Numbered from the stretch's first letter, positions 21,501 through 30,756 are shown. The stretch is DNA of 64,000 nucleotides from Candidatus Moraniibacteriota bacterium (GCA_023261645.1 JAHFOO010000003.1:31951-95950); one strand, 5' to 3'. Notes: a model not told the origin generated them from the letters alone. Program-made: numbers and translations.

Positions 21501-23213
21501 CCCTGTCGTATCGGTCGGCGGAACTGTCGGCAGATTCGCCAGAGCCGTCCAGGTATTGGTGGCGGTCTCATATCGATAGAATCCCGCCGTACCGCCCCGT
21601 ATCGCATAAACATATGCTCCAGCCCCGGTTACTCCGTTCCAGAGAAGATCACTTCCTGTCCCCATAGTGATGGTGTTGTTCATCACCTGTTGTGGTCCCA
21701 CCCAATCCCCCGTCGTCCCAAGAGCTGGATTAAATTTCCACAGATCATAAGTGCCATTGCCACGAAGCATATAGATCAGATTGTCATTGGCATTGAACGC
21801 GAGAGAGGCATAGTTGGCCGCGGCTGGTGTCGTCGCCAGTACTGTCCAGCTATTGCCAGTGATATCATAGCGCAAGAATCCAGTCTGACCCGCAGACCGC
21901 GCATAATAGATATATCCATTGGCATAGGCTCCCTTCTCATCACCGTTGAAATTCTGACCGGTCGTGATGTCGGTGCGGGCACTCCACGTGTTGCTGGCGA
22001 TATTATAGCGATAGAATGTCAAAGTATTCGCACCACGTGGCGTATAGAAATTCCCATCATACCCATAGACCAGATTGGCACCGGCCGATACCGTGGCCGA
22101 TACCGGTGCGAGACTCTGCCACTCGCCAAGTGAAACATTGTAACGCCAGAAATCCGTACTGCTATTCCCTCGCATTACATAGGGGTTGGTCCCGTCAAAT
22201 CCGATACTCCCACCCGTATAGATGGTGTCGAGAAGATCAGGGAGGGCCGTCCAGGTATCGGTCGCCACGTCATAAGAATAAAACTTTTTCGAATACCCTC
22301 CAAAAATCACATAAATGAGGCCATTGGCGCTATCACTGACCATGTCTGCCCCGTAATACACCGGGAATGGCAGATCAGACAGCTCCGTCCATTCATTGAG
22401 CACCGAATCATACTTCCAAAATGCCTTATCCGACAATCCGCGCATGACATAGAGATTATTGCCCACGAAGATCGAGCTTGATCCCGCGCTCACCGTATCG
22501 GGAGGTACCGCCCAGGTGCGTGCCGACCAACTCCCATCCGATGCCAATTGTAACGCGTCAGTAGCACTATCGAGAGAAATATCTGCCGTCGTTCCCATTC
22601 CCCATTCTGTTTCAGTGGTGATAGTACGTGCAAATGGAGCCCCTGATACACTGACTCCACCTATATATACCGCCACAACGACCACTCCCACCACAATAGC
22701 ACTTCGCCACGTTATAGAATGAGCTATTTGCATGCACCGACGAATTTTCTTGTACCACCACCCGAAAAAGAGTGCTCCATAATAACGCCTGAAGTATGCT
22801 TTGCCATAACTTCTCTTCTGGGCAGGAGTATATTTATTCAAGAATTCACTCAGGCTCTCTTCTTCAACTATCAGACGTTTTTTCGGCATTTCCTCTGAGA
22901 GAAATCTTTTTTTGAAATTGATTTGGTATTTTTGTGCAAAAAGAGAAAAGCGACACCGTAATAGAGTAAAGAGACCAGATGGTTTTTTTACCTTTATTTC
23001 TGTCATTTTTTTCGAAATATCTTTTGTCACTGACTTTTCCGCCCAACAGTGCAAACGAGAAGATGGCTCTTTTTGTATGTCAACCTTCTTCCGTAACACC
23101 TTTCTTACAGACGTTGCCTTCCGTGATGCTTTTACCTCCCGGCCAGTAGCAGAAAACAGGTTCTCTGATAACGAGAGTCTTCTGATGTTTGTTTTTCTTT
23201 TTACGATAGCCAT
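15516..23213 (-). CDS. Giant (2565 aa) membrane-anchored surface protein with about 45-50 tandem Kelch-like beta-propeller repeats and C-terminal Fn3/Ig-like modules
   Basis: A basic N-terminal tail and one transmembrane helix (SAIVVGVVVVAVYIGGVSV) precede many roughly 50-aa repeats of the form Y[VI]Y..RG......F.RY[DN]...N.W. The C-terminal third is made of beta-sandwich-like T/S-rich modules. Start codon is the ATG at 23213. An in-frame ATG at 22889 is an alternative. Confidence 0.8.
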   Translation of the reverse strand: MAIVKRKTNIRRLSLSENLFSATGREVKASRKATSVRKVLRKKVDIQKEPSSRLHCWAEKSVTKDISKKMTEIKVKKPSGLFTLLRCRFSLFAQKYQINFKKRFLSEEMPKKRLIVEEESLSEFLNKYTPAQKRSYGKAYFRRYYGALFFGWWYKKIRRCMQIAHSITWRSAIVVGVVVVAVYIGGVSVSGAPFARTITTETEWGMGTTADISLDSATDALQLASDGSWSARTWAVPPDTVSAGSSSIFVGNNLYVMRGLSDKAFWKYDSVLNEWTELSDLPFPVYYGADMVSDSANGLIYVIFGGYSKKFYSYDVATDTWTALPDLLDTIYTGGSIGFDGTNPYVMRGNSSTDFWRYNVSLGEWQSLAPVSATVSAGANLVYGYDGNFYTPRGANTLTFYRYNIASNTWSARTDITTGQNFNGDEKGAYANGYIYYARSAGQTGFLRYDITGNSWTVLATTPAAANYASLAFNANDNLIYMLRGNGTYDLWKFNPALGTTGDWVGPQQVMNNTITMGTGSDLLWNGVTGAGAYVYAIRGGTAGFYRYETATNTWTALANLPTVPPTDTTGTLVGNYIYYPLGNGTTTFYRYTISTNTWAVMTVLPGTVSNGGSAVYNASDNKVYVLRGNGTPNLYSSLNSTTLAWTTLATSVVSGVTYNANIGAKMVSDGTNLYATFGDGETAFLRFNTGSNTWSTLSSTPFAQYYGTSLTFANGKIYALAGYYKDETWEYTITTDTWRMLPSNQKYLYGRGPYNGANIEYAGGNSFYALTGQATTDMWSFTAGTNNFVSTGSYVSEPLDVSQASNWVSFVANSTTPAGTSIVYETRTSTDAETWSDWEAVSGTAIASPPERYIQVRITLSTTDGANTPTASDYTITYNNSDTLPINPTAVNAYSKNTGGVTLTSGSSYSYEHPYFSFSGASSPEAGVEGYYVYFGTNAGADPAVDGSYQTSTAYEANTALTATSYYLRIKTKDNNGNVSATTYSAFTYVYNGVAPALVATKTSQADFSAGTLSDVSATDVTDALRLSASDGTGFWNQSRITNAPALMYYGSDSVQVTYDGSDYIFALRGGNTTGFYRYALATDTWTALAVTPGVVGYGGSIERGPNGFLYATQGGNLPTFWKYDIALDIWSTVSSAPKNFYAGGSISYDGSQYIYGLPGSDDAFYRYDTINDSWSAKVNAQFGNPNATDGQTVNYGSDSVYDGRNNVYVVQGNYYPYFAKYSIATDVAHGEVANTWTVLASAPTGVYTGGSLAFDATSNSVYMTRGNWKNNYYRYNVAINEWSQLPDTPGTFDHGASQVVYHGYIYALRGANTTNFYRYSIAESSWQVPTRGLFGPAVINATTYFPFGAGTFAVTDDNENMYMIRGSYDNVFVRYNIRTGTTTEMARLPVGAYDGSSLVYVGNHSEIYYSPGTIRTSRSGASNYFYKYDIPTNTWSEVTTDRPPIQVGTGSSMTYDGLRYIYLTRGVGQATWWRYDLNGSDGSRWSALSTVGAPTVTTGGEMIYNGGYIYSVRGGNNTDYRYDIGAGTWAAMPILPATISTGGSIADGGDGYIYMTRGFNTSNYYRYRIADGLSGTWSAVTDIPAQVNTGGFQKHASNRNWVIAGNGTNSYPDGLYSYVVSSSDNGTGFQKTGVYTSETINLVSVYKWANFSVNYTLPNNTFVTFETRTSADGATWENWTNVSNEQVLGTTHTFKINSLPNGFFQVRANLSSSDQIFSPLITDYAVSYYQDITEPTNPSAISAYTDGTKVTSMTTDTWYNHTAPYFEWPAVDVADGATDGVGGSGVAGYYVYFGIDINADPVNFQTANNYTASSLSAGQTYYLKIMTKDNAGMITSTSYSAFIYKFDNIAPTNPSVVSVLPTGYTATDNFAFTWSADSADLFSGVAKLQYRTDGDVPNVWVDIPDVNQVALTIPNVNHIVGAYQSGKNKFYIRVVDGAGNVSPPLPQEYYYSASAPTPPQSLTATPSSSTNNSFTFSWDTPASYAGDPTKIIYHYSINMLPTANNSVATTAKAAGPSAFATQKGDNLFFVVAGDESGNIEWGNYATVTFTADTSNPPIPGNVQVFDTSDRENAKYGVAVKWARPDSINVANFDGFVIYRSEDNVTFTEIAKTTGSAYVDSGEILLASGDTTLESKLYYYYVKSKDKTNNYSAASSTVSIIPTGKYTTAPKLVGTPSYTTQSFQATFEWATDRVASSFIEYGKSISLGETTGQVDSVTTHGVLVKGLDAGTKYFYSVKYIDPDGNIGTSTVDTFTTLPPPVISDLTITDIQLYTAYVNWKTNVSATCTLKYGSYSIEETSGGSSHIQKIDNLQPTSDYSAQIDCIDGDLNTFSSDQYSFSTPEEPVVSEVIIENKENVDLPTVTITYKTNVPTSTLIYYKSGSGDNHTYLTEDLTTEHTAEISSLDPAVEYMVTVTGNDQYHIQARPFEQKVTTRTDSRPPRIISNKAMGRVSGRGTNAQANVYIRIETDEASRIHVAYAKGIVTKSFEQSTSDDTYNTYHLITIPAEAGDVYSYQIEAYDEAENVTVSDAVTVPVEQATSSAAEVVTRTFLNNFGWMSRLRGN

Positions 23214-23481
23214 GAGATTTCTATACTCGTTTTTCCTCGAGAAAGGTCTTTTTCAAAAAGCGAATTCCACACACAAAACAAAGAGTTTCCAAGAACCTTC
23301 TGGTTATAGTATACCACACAATGAAAAGAAAAAAAGTAAGAAATCCCCTTACAAATGCAAAAAAGAGCCATTCTCCAATAATGATACCTCACAACTATTT
23401 CCTCTCTCTTTCCTCTTGACAGATAATTGGTTTACTGATAAACTAGGAAACTGTTTTGTTGATAATTTTAAGAAATTTTTT

Positions 23482-23949
23482 ATGTATACAAATGACTCTC
23501 TCTCCCCTATTCTTCCTATCATTCATATTGCCCATCGATTCGAGGCGATCGCCCAAAGATATATCTTCCAACCGACAGGCTTCTCCCCTATGAGTATGAA
23601 TATCTTGCGATTGTTGCGTGACAATGGACCTCTGATTGCGAGTGATCTGATACGAATGACGGCCACAACCAAGTCGAATATGAGCCAACGACTGAGTTTC
23701 CTCGAAAAAGAACACCTCGTTTCAAGGATGCCTGCAAAAGAAAATGGCGACAAACGAAAAACAATGATTTCTCTCACAACATCAGGAAAGAAGAAAATCG
23801 CCACTCTTGAAGAAAGAATCAAAAAGGCTGAGATATCATTCGAAAAAAAATTCACCCCAAAAGAATTAGCCGACCATAAAGCCTTCTTTGAAAAACTCAG
23901 CATAATCCTCGACAATGGTGAATGTGAATTAACCAAAATATTTAAATAA
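23482..23949 (+). CDS. MarR-family transcriptional regulator
   Basis: Winged-helix region MNILRLLRDNGPLIASDLIRMTATTKSNMSQRLSFLEKEHLVSRMPAKENGDKRKTMISLT. The track ORF from 22912 extends over the divergent promoter region. The in-frame ATG at 23482 gives a typical 155-aa MarR. Confidence 0.7.
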   Translation: MYTNDSLSPILPIIHIAHRFEAIAQRYIFQPTGFSPMSMNILRLLRDNGPLIASDLIRMTATTKSNMSQRLSFLEKEHLVSRMPAKENGDKRKTMISLTTSGKKKIATLEERIKKAEISFEKKFTPKELADHKAFFEKLSIILDNGECELTKIFK

Positions 23950-23954
23950 CCGGC

Positions 23955-25067
23955 ATGAAATCTATGCACAAGAAAAAAATCATCGTCACTCTTCTTTCAA
24001 TTCTGATACTCTTTATTCTCGCTTCGAATTTTTCTCGCAAGAAAACAGTTTCTGTCGAAGAAATACCCAAAAAACCTCTCACGGTCTCTGTTCAAAGTGT
24101 TTCTGAGAGCAAAACTATCACGCAAAAAAGAAGTTTCCCGGCCAGCATCGTCTCCGACCAAGAAGTAAAAATTACCGCGAAAATTGCCGGAACAGTTACC
24201 ATAGCTCCTGGCGCTCTCGGAGAAAAGATATCCAAAGGATCACTTCTCGCACGCATAGACGATCTGGGAGCACAGGCTATCGGAGATCAAGGACTGAGAA
24301 ATCTTCAAGTCCAACAATCCTCTCTCAGCGTCGAACAAGCCAAAAAATCGTACAATCTCACAAAACAAACCTACGATGATCTGAAGAAATCTTCGAGTGC
24401 TACCAGCGCACAAAAGGATACTGCCAAAACACAGAGAGATATCGCCAAATTACAGTATGAAAGCGCCATACTGGGATTAAATGGCACTATCGACAATCAT
24501 TCCGTCCTCTCTCCTCTCTCGGGCACCATCACAAGCAGAGCCGTTTCAGTCGGAGATTCCGTTTCGGTCGGACAGCTGATAGCCACAGTCAGTCAGTCTT
24601 CCACAGTGAAGGTTCAATTTTTTGTCGATGCCGAAGAAAGGAGTACACTCACGCGGGGACAGGAAATTTCTGCAATTGATACTGCTGGCACTTCTTTCCC
24701 ACTCGTAATAAAAAATATCGCTATCACAGCTGACCCTGTCACCAGACACTTTCTCATTGAAGCCTATCCGAAGAAACAAGATGCTTCTCTCCTCGCCGGT
24801 ACGATCATGACTGTCTCTTTTGAGACAATTATCAGACCAAAGACGGAAGATGCCCTTCTTCTACCATTGTCTGCTCTCAGTATCAGCCAAAATGAAAGCT
24901 CTCTTTTTATCGTAGAAAATAATACCGCGAAAAAAGAAGTGATTACCATACAAAACATCAGCGGAGAGAATGCTGAAGTCCTCTCTCATATTCCATCCGA
25001 ATCACTCATCATCATAGAAGGAAGCAAGCTCGTCACCGATGGACAACCAGTCGTCGTGGAAAACTAA
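23955..25067 (+). CDS. Efflux RND periplasmic adaptor subunit (HlyD/MFP family)
   Basis: N-terminal transmembrane/lipobox-like segment, a coiled coil, a lipoyl-like VSPLSGTITSRAVSVGDSVSVGQLIATV, and a beta-barrel C-terminus. Confidence 0.75.
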   Translation: MKSMHKKKIIVTLLSILILFILASNFSRKKTVSVEEIPKKPLTVSVQSVSESKTITQKRSFPASIVSDQEVKITAKIAGTVTIAPGALGEKISKGSLLARIDDLGAQAIGDQGLRNLQVQQSSLSVEQAKKSYNLTKQTYDDLKKSSSATSAQKDTAKTQRDIAKLQYESAILGLNGTIDNHSVLSPLSGTITSRAVSVGDSVSVGQLIATVSQSSTVKVQFFVDAEERSTLTRGQEISAIDTAGTSFPLVIKNIAITADPVTRHFLIEAYPKKQDASLLAGTIMTVSFETIIRPKTEDALLLPLSALSISQNESSLFIVENNTAKKEVITIQNISGENAEVLSHIPSESLIIIEGSKLVTDGQPVVVEN

Positions 25068-25094
25068 TCTCCCTCTAAAAATATCTCTCATCGT

Positions 25095-28000
25095 ATGGAA
25101 CATCCGAAAGAACCTCTCTCAACCGACAGCGTATATCTGAGTACACTCGAATTCACCCCCGAAAAACGCCATACCTGGCTCAATTTTTTCGTTTCAAATT
25201 TCCGTGTCGTCATCCTTCTTATTATGCTTATCTCGGGCTGGGGCATTTATTCCTTCCTCAACCTCCCTCGGGAATCCAACCCGGAAGTGAAAATCGCCAC
25301 AGCGATAGTCAGCGTCACTTATCCGGGGGTTTCCCCTTCTGATATGGAGGAACTCATCACCAAGAAAATCGAAACGGACATCTCCAGTGTCACTGGCGTG
25401 AACAAAATCACTTCTACTTCTGCCAACTCATCTGCCACGGTGGTCGTGGAATTCGATGCTGATCAGAATGTCGATGATGCCGTAAGAAGGTTGCGTGACA
25501 CGCTTCCGACCATCAGAAGAGATATCCCGACAGACGCCAATGATCCTGTGGTCAAAGAAATTTCCTTCGATGATACTCCTATCGTCACTTTTGCACTCAG
25601 TGGGCCTTACGATGGTTTCATACTGAGGACATACGCCGAAAAGATTCAAGACGAACTCGAGAAGATTCCAGGCGTCCGTGAGGTGGATATTTCTGGTGGC
25701 GATCAAAGTGAATTTGAAGTGGCCTATGATCCGAAGAAGCTTGTTCTCTTCGGCATCACGGCAGACCAAGCCAATCAAGCCATAACCACCGCCAACAAAG
25801 CCATTCCTGCTGGAAACTTTGAAGGCTCGACATTCAGTTATTCTCTCCGCTCTGACGGCCGTTTCTATGATAGAGAGACACTGCGTACGATTCCTCTCAT
25901 TCATACCTCTTTAGGCGCTATCGTGTATTTGAAAGACATCGCGGATGTGAAAGAAAAAGCCAGAGAGAAAACAACCTACTCGCGTTTTTCCCTAAGTGGT
26001 GAAATGCCGGAAAACGCCGTCACACTTCAAATCATCAAGAGAACAGGAGGATCGATCATTGATACTGTGGGCAGTGCCCGCATCAAAATCGATGAACTCC
26101 TCAAGACTTTCCCATCTGATATCACTATTTCAGACACGGTCAATCAGTCCGATCGTATCAAAAAAGATTTTGATCAACTTACTCATGATTTCCTCCTCAC
26201 ACTTATTCTCGTCGTCGGTCTCCTCTTTCTTATCGTTGGACTGAAAGAAGCGTTTGTCGCTGGTATCGCTATTCCTCTCGTTTTTTTCGTCACCTTCGGA
26301 GTGATGCAAGCGACAGGAACATCACTCAATTTCCTTTCCATTTTCGCTCTGCTTCTCTCGCTCGGACTCTTGGTAGACGATGCTATCGTGGTAGTTTCCG
26401 CTACCAAACAATATATGAAAACAGGCAAATATACGCCTGAGGAAGCCGTTTTGCTCGTTCTTTCTGATTTCAAAGTTGTCCTTGTTTCGACGACGCTTGC
26501 CACCGTTTGGGCCTTCCTTCCGCTCCTTCTCGCATCCGGAATGATCGGAAAATTTATCAAATCAATTCCCATCACAGTTTCAACAACACTCATCGCCTCT
26601 CTCCTCATCGCTCTTATGATCAACCATCCGTTGGCGGCTGTCCTCGAGAGGATCCGACTCACAAAAAAATTCTTCTGGATTATCTTCATTTCCATACTCG
26701 CTCTTGGAGCATTCTCCACGATACAGCATTCTTCTCTCGGATTCATTTTCACATTTTTTTCTTTCATACTTCTCGCATGGATGCTTTTCTGGTATTTCGG
26801 AAAAGGAACAAACATTCTTGAAAAGAATACGCTCCTCACGGAAGAAGAATGGGAGAGTGATGATAGTATCAAAGAAAAACTTCGCTCCCAAGGAGATCGA
26901 GAAAATTCCAGCTTCGGAAGCAAACTCATCCACGGCATCTTTCATTTCGACCGTATTCTTCCTGTATACGAGAAATACCTCCGCATTGCCACCAATACCC
27001 GAAAACACCGCATCATCACGCTTCTTTCTACGCTTGCATTGTTCATCTTTGCAGTAACCCTTCCGATTATCGGTGTTGTCAAATCAGAATTTTTCCCGCC
27101 TGCCGATGGCGATGCTTTGTATATAAGCCTGCGTGCTCCTATCGGCCTCAATCTTGATCAGACGGATATTCTGACACGAGAAGTTGAGAAAAGACTTTCA
27201 ACCACTCCAAACATAGTGAACTTCTCTACGATTATTGGAAACCCAGGATCAGGTGGTGGCTTCGGAGGAGGGAGTTCCAGCACATCGAATACCTCTTCTA
27301 TCACTATCAAACTCGTTCCAGAAGAAGAGCGCACTATCAAGGCGTATGATATCGCACAGCAGATACGCACGGAGCTTTCCGATATCGAAGGAGCTACCAT
27401 CACTGTTTCCACTCCTAGCGGTGGACCGCCATCCGGCAGTGCCTTCCAGGCTCAGATCGCCGGAGAAGATTTACAGACATTGGATAAAATTGCCACTGAT
27501 CTGAAACCGATCGTCGCTTCTCTTCCCGGTATTGTCAATGCAGATATTTCCCTCAAAGACGCTCCGGCTGAATATACATTTGCTCTTGATAACGCCAAAA
27601 TGGAGCTGTATGATATCAACGCGGTAGTTGTCGGTGGAACACTGCGAACAGCTCTTTCCGGCACGACCGTGACGACCATCATCCGTGACAATAAAAATAT
27701 CGATGTCGTCGCTCGTTTCGACAAAGATTCTCTTCCTACACTGGAAACTATCCAGAATTTACAGATTCTCAACCTCAAAAAACAACCGGTATTCATCAAA
27801 GATGTCGCCACGGTACAACTCACTCCGACAGTCGATGCCATCACGCGTATCGATCAAAAAAGAACCGTTCTTCTGACCGCTGACGTCAGCGGTACGACCA
27901 ATGCTACTCAAGTCGTCAAAGAGTTTCAGGACAAAATCGCCAAAGAGTATGTCCTTCCCGAAGGGTATGCCATCACTTACGGCGGAGAGAATGAACAGAA

Positions 28001-28496
28001 TGCCGAATCGGTATTTTCCATCATCCGTGCAATGGCGATTGCAGCCGTACTCATCATCTCTACTCTCGTCATCCAATTCAATTCTTTCCGTAAAGCATTG
28101 ATCGTTCTTGTCACCCTTCCTCTCGCTCTTATCGGGGTGTTCATCGGTATGGCGATTCTCAATGTCAGCTTGAGCTTCCCAGGACTGATCGGTATTTTGG
28201 CACTCTTCGGTATTGTCGTGAAAAATGCCATCATTTTGATCGATAAGATAAATCTCAACGTGAAAACCGGTATTCCTTTCGATGATGCCATCATCGATGC
28301 TGGAAAATCTCGTCTCGAAGCTATCATCATCACGTCCATCGTCACTATCGCCGGCATCATACCGATTACCCTTTCGAATGCCACGTGGACAGCTCTCGGC
28401 TCAGTCATCATTTTCGGATTGTCTATCTCCTCTTTCTTCACTCTCTTCATCATTCCGACTCTCTATATGACATTCATCAATAAAAAAGAAAGATAA
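25095..28496 (+). CDS. RND-superfamily efflux transporter permease (AcrB/HAE family)
   Basis: A 1133-aa protein with 12 transmembrane segments, two large periplasmic loops, and the typical duplicated halves. Confidence 0.9.
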   Translation: MEHPKEPLSTDSVYLSTLEFTPEKRHTWLNFFVSNFRVVILLIMLISGWGIYSFLNLPRESNPEVKIATAIVSVTYPGVSPSDMEELITKKIETDISSVTGVNKITSTSANSSATVVVEFDADQNVDDAVRRLRDTLPTIRRDIPTDANDPVVKEISFDDTPIVTFALSGPYDGFILRTYAEKIQDELEKIPGVREVDISGGDQSEFEVAYDPKKLVLFGITADQANQAITTANKAIPAGNFEGSTFSYSLRSDGRFYDRETLRTIPLIHTSLGAIVYLKDIADVKEKAREKTTYSRFSLSGEMPENAVTLQIIKRTGGSIIDTVGSARIKIDELLKTFPSDITISDTVNQSDRIKKDFDQLTHDFLLTLILVVGLLFLIVGLKEAFVAGIAIPLVFFVTFGVMQATGTSLNFLSIFALLLSLGLLVDDAIVVVSATKQYMKTGKYTPEEAVLLVLSDFKVVLVSTTLATVWAFLPLLLASGMIGKFIKSIPITVSTTLIASLLIALMINHPLAAVLERIRLTKKFFWIIFISILALGAFSTIQHSSLGFIFTFFSFILLAWMLFWYFGKGTNILEKNTLLTEEEWESDDSIKEKLRSQGDRENSSFGSKLIHGIFHFDRILPVYEKYLRIATNTRKHRIITLLSTLALFIFAVTLPIIGVVKSEFFPPADGDALYISLRAPIGLNLDQTDILTREVEKRLSTTPNIVNFSTIIGNPGSGGGFGGGSSSTSNTSSITIKLVPEEERTIKAYDIAQQIRTELSDIEGATITVSTPSGGPPSGSAFQAQIAGEDLQTLDKIATDLKPIVASLPGIVNADISLKDAPAEYTFALDNAKMELYDINAVVVGGTLRTALSGTTVTTIIRDNKNIDVVARFDKDSLPTLETIQNLQILNLKKQPVFIKDVATVQLTPTVDAITRIDQKRTVLLTADVSGTTNATQVVKEFQDKIAKEYVLPEGYAITYGGENEQNAESVFSIIRAMAIAAVLIISTLVIQFNSFRKALIVLVTLPLALIGVFIGMAILNVSLSFPGLIGILALFGIVVKNAIILIDKINLNVKTGIPFDDAIIDAGKSRLEAIIITSIVTIAGIIPITLSNATWTALGSVIIFGLSISSFFTLFIIPTLYMTFINKKER

Positions 28497-28630
28497 GAAA
28501 GCTTCATTCATAAGGATAGGGAGCAATTGGTATGATCCATCCGTTATCGCGAGCATCCTCTTCGAGAGAAAAATTGAAGCAACCGATTACAATCGAAACA
28601 GTAATTCGTATCTCGACAAAAAAATCAAAA

Positions 28631-28657
28631 AGAGCCCCGGGTGAGGCTCTTTTTTTG
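28631..28657. terminator. Rho-independent terminator (bidirectional hairpin)
   Basis: AGAGCC...GGCTCT stem followed by a T7 run. Preceded by an A-run, so it can also terminate the convergent minus-strand gene. Confidence 0.5.
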
Positions 28658-28672
28658 AGAAAGATAATCTCT

Positions 28673-29467
28673 TTATCTTCCTATCTGGTTTTTATAGCGC
28701 TTATAGAGCTTGTATCCGCGATAATTCTTGTAGAGGCTGTAATCACGCTGAATACTCAAACTCAATCCTTCCCGTTCCTTGTTTTTTAAACTCTTATATT
28801 TCGCATACATTGCTTTCAATCTCTCGAATTCAGCTCTATTCGTATTTTTTAGATTTTTTACTTTTGCATAATCGTCTTTATCTTTATCGCTCGTATATAT
28901 GCTCTTATAGTGTCTATACAATACCCATCTTCTTCCGTGGTGGTCATTATCTGTCGGAGTGGTGACAGATATCACTTCAGCTATGACTGGTACAATCGTA
29001 TCGATACTGAAAGCATCAATCTCAAGAAAATCTTCCTGTACGCTTCCTGTCAGGTTCTGAGCCCCCGTCACTCGTATATCTATATCATCCACTTTCTCCC
29101 CAGGGTAATCTGTTCCGCCCAAGGCACAAGGGAACAGATACTGCGTCTCCGATATCCAGCTACCACCGCAATCACCGGCCTGGAGTCCTGATGGGTATGA
29201 ATTTACCAAAGATGGGCTTTCATACGAAATGACCGGCTTTATCGTCTGATCCATCGCTTCACTGTAATTCACATACACTTCAAGCGCAGGCATTCTCCCT
29301 CCTATATCACTTCTCGTCAATAGTGTTTTGGTAAGAGTGATGCCCGTGACAGTGACAGCAGAAGGACCTACCCCAATTGCCTTAGACGTTTCCGGTATAA
29401 TCAAGACTCCCAATATAGCCACGAGGCCAAAAGTAACCAATTTTATTTTTATCATTATTTTTATCAT
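28673..29467 (-). CDS. Secreted hypothetical protein with Lys/Tyr-rich C-terminal tail
   Basis: Signal peptide (KLVTFGLVAILGVLIIPETSKA) and a C-terminal segment rich in YK/KY dipeptides (KNYRGYKLYKRYKN). The MIKIMIKIK N-terminus is encoded by a 12-bp tandem duplication. Confidence 0.5.
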   Translation of the reverse strand: MIKIMIKIKLVTFGLVAILGVLIIPETSKAIGVGPSAVTVTGITLTKTLLTRSDIGGRMPALEVYVNYSEAMDQTIKPVISYESPSLVNSYPSGLQAGDCGGSWISETQYLFPCALGGTDYPGEKVDDIDIRVTGAQNLTGSVQEDFLEIDAFSIDTIVPVIAEVISVTTPTDNDHHGRRWVLYRHYKSIYTSDKDKDDYAKVKNLKNTNRAEFERLKAMYAKYKSLKNKEREGLSLSIQRDYSLYKNYRGYKLYKRYKNQIGR

Positions 29468-29496
29468 TATTTTTTTAAAAAAGCGTTAGAGACTTG

Positions 29497-30756
29497 TCAT
29501 CCTGAGAGGACTCTTTCTTCGATCAGCATCAAGCGGTTGTATTTGCAGATTCTTTCGGTTCTAGAAAGCGATCCTGATTTGATGAGAGGACAAGCCAGTC
29601 CCACTGAGAGATCGGCAATGAACGTATCCTCTGTCTCTCCCGAACGATGCGAGACAAATGGTTTCCAGCCCTGTGCTTTCGTCATCCTCACCGCATCGAT
29701 GGTCTCGGTCACCGTACCGATTTGATTCAATTTGATAAGGACGGAGTTCACTGCATTTTTTTCGATAGCTTGCTCGATTCTCTTGATATTGGTTACGAGC
29801 AAATCATCACCAACATTCGTTATCGTATCACCCAGTACCTTGTTGAACTTTTGGAAGCCTTCCCAGTCATCTTCGGCGAAAGCATCCTCGATGAGAATGA
29901 TAGGAAACATATCAACAATTTCCTGATACCATACCAAGAGCTGATCGCTCTTCAAATTCTTCTTCTCTCCAGCAATTTTCAAATCATACAGCTTTGTCTC
30001 GGTATTAAAAAAACTGCTTGCTGCACAATCCAAACCGATTTTCACATCAGCTATCGTGTAACCAGCCTTTTCGATAGCTTCAACGATGAGCTGAAGCGCT
30101 TCCTCATTGGATTGCAATTCTGGGGCAAAACCGCCCTCATCTCCCACACTCGTCTTGTAACCACGCTCTTTCAAAATATCGGCCAAAGTATGAAAAATTT
30201 CAGAGCCTACTCGTAGTTTCTCATGAAAATCCGGAAAACCGATAGGAGCGAGCATAAATTCCTGAATATCGAGTCCGCTATCAGCGTGCTTGCCACCGTT
30301 TATGACGTTGAACATCGGCTGAGGAAGTTTCATTTCCGTATCCCCTATCAAGCTATTGAGATATTCATACAATTCCTGATGTTCTGCATCAGCTGAAGCT
30401 CTAGCAAAAGCCATCGAGACACCGAGAATGGCATTGGCTCCTAAATTGGCTTTATTTTCCGTCCCGTCCAGATCAATGAGAAATTTATCAAGAGATGTTT
30501 GGTCAAACTCCTTGTTCATTATCGTTTCTCTGATTTTTCCTTCTACGTTATGAACCGCCTTCAAAACTCCCTTACCTCGATAACGACTCGGGTCCTCATC
30601 CCGGAGTTCCACTGCTTCATATTTTCCGGTGCTCGCGCCACTCGGTACGGCAGCTATCCCAATGGATCCATTTTCCAGATGGAGCTCTACTGATATGGTA
30701 GGATTGCCTCGTGAATCGAGGATTTCGCGAGCTGAAAGAAAAGCTATCTTTTGCAT
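29497..30756 (-). CDS. eno: Enolase (phosphopyruvate hydratase)
   Basis: MQKIAFLSAREILDSRGNPTISVELHLENGSIGIAAVPSGASTGKYEAVELRD... matches canonical enolase over its full length. Start taken at the internal ATG (30756), not the track's upstream extension. Confidence 0.95.
   Translation of the reverse strand: MQKIAFLSAREILDSRGNPTISVELHLENGSIGIAAVPSGASTGKYEAVELRDEDPSRYRGKGVLKAVHNVEGKIRETIMNKEFDQTSLDKFLIDLDGTENKANLGANAILGVSMAFARASADAEHQELYEYLNSLIGDTEMKLPQPMFNVINGGKHADSGLDIQEFMLAPIGFPDFHEKLRVGSEIFHTLADILKERGYKTSVGDEGGFAPELQSNEEALQLIVEAIEKAGYTIADVKIGLDCAASSFFNTETKLYDLKIAGEKKNLKSDQLLVWYQEIVDMFPIILIEDAFAEDDWEGFQKFNKVLGDTITNVGDDLLVTNIKRIEQAIEKNAVNSVLIKLNQIGTVTETIDAVRMTKAQGWKPFVSHRSGETEDTFIADLSVGLACPLIKSGSLSRTERICKYNRLMLIEERVLSG

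Noticed and set aside
22912-23481. Long N-terminal extension of the MarR ORF and the many ORFs >60 aa nested inside the giant gene, the RND gene and the ABC genes
   Set aside because: The extension spans the divergent promoter region and is low-complexity. The internal ATG at 23482 gives a normal-length MarR. The nested ORFs are alternative-frame artefacts of long genes.
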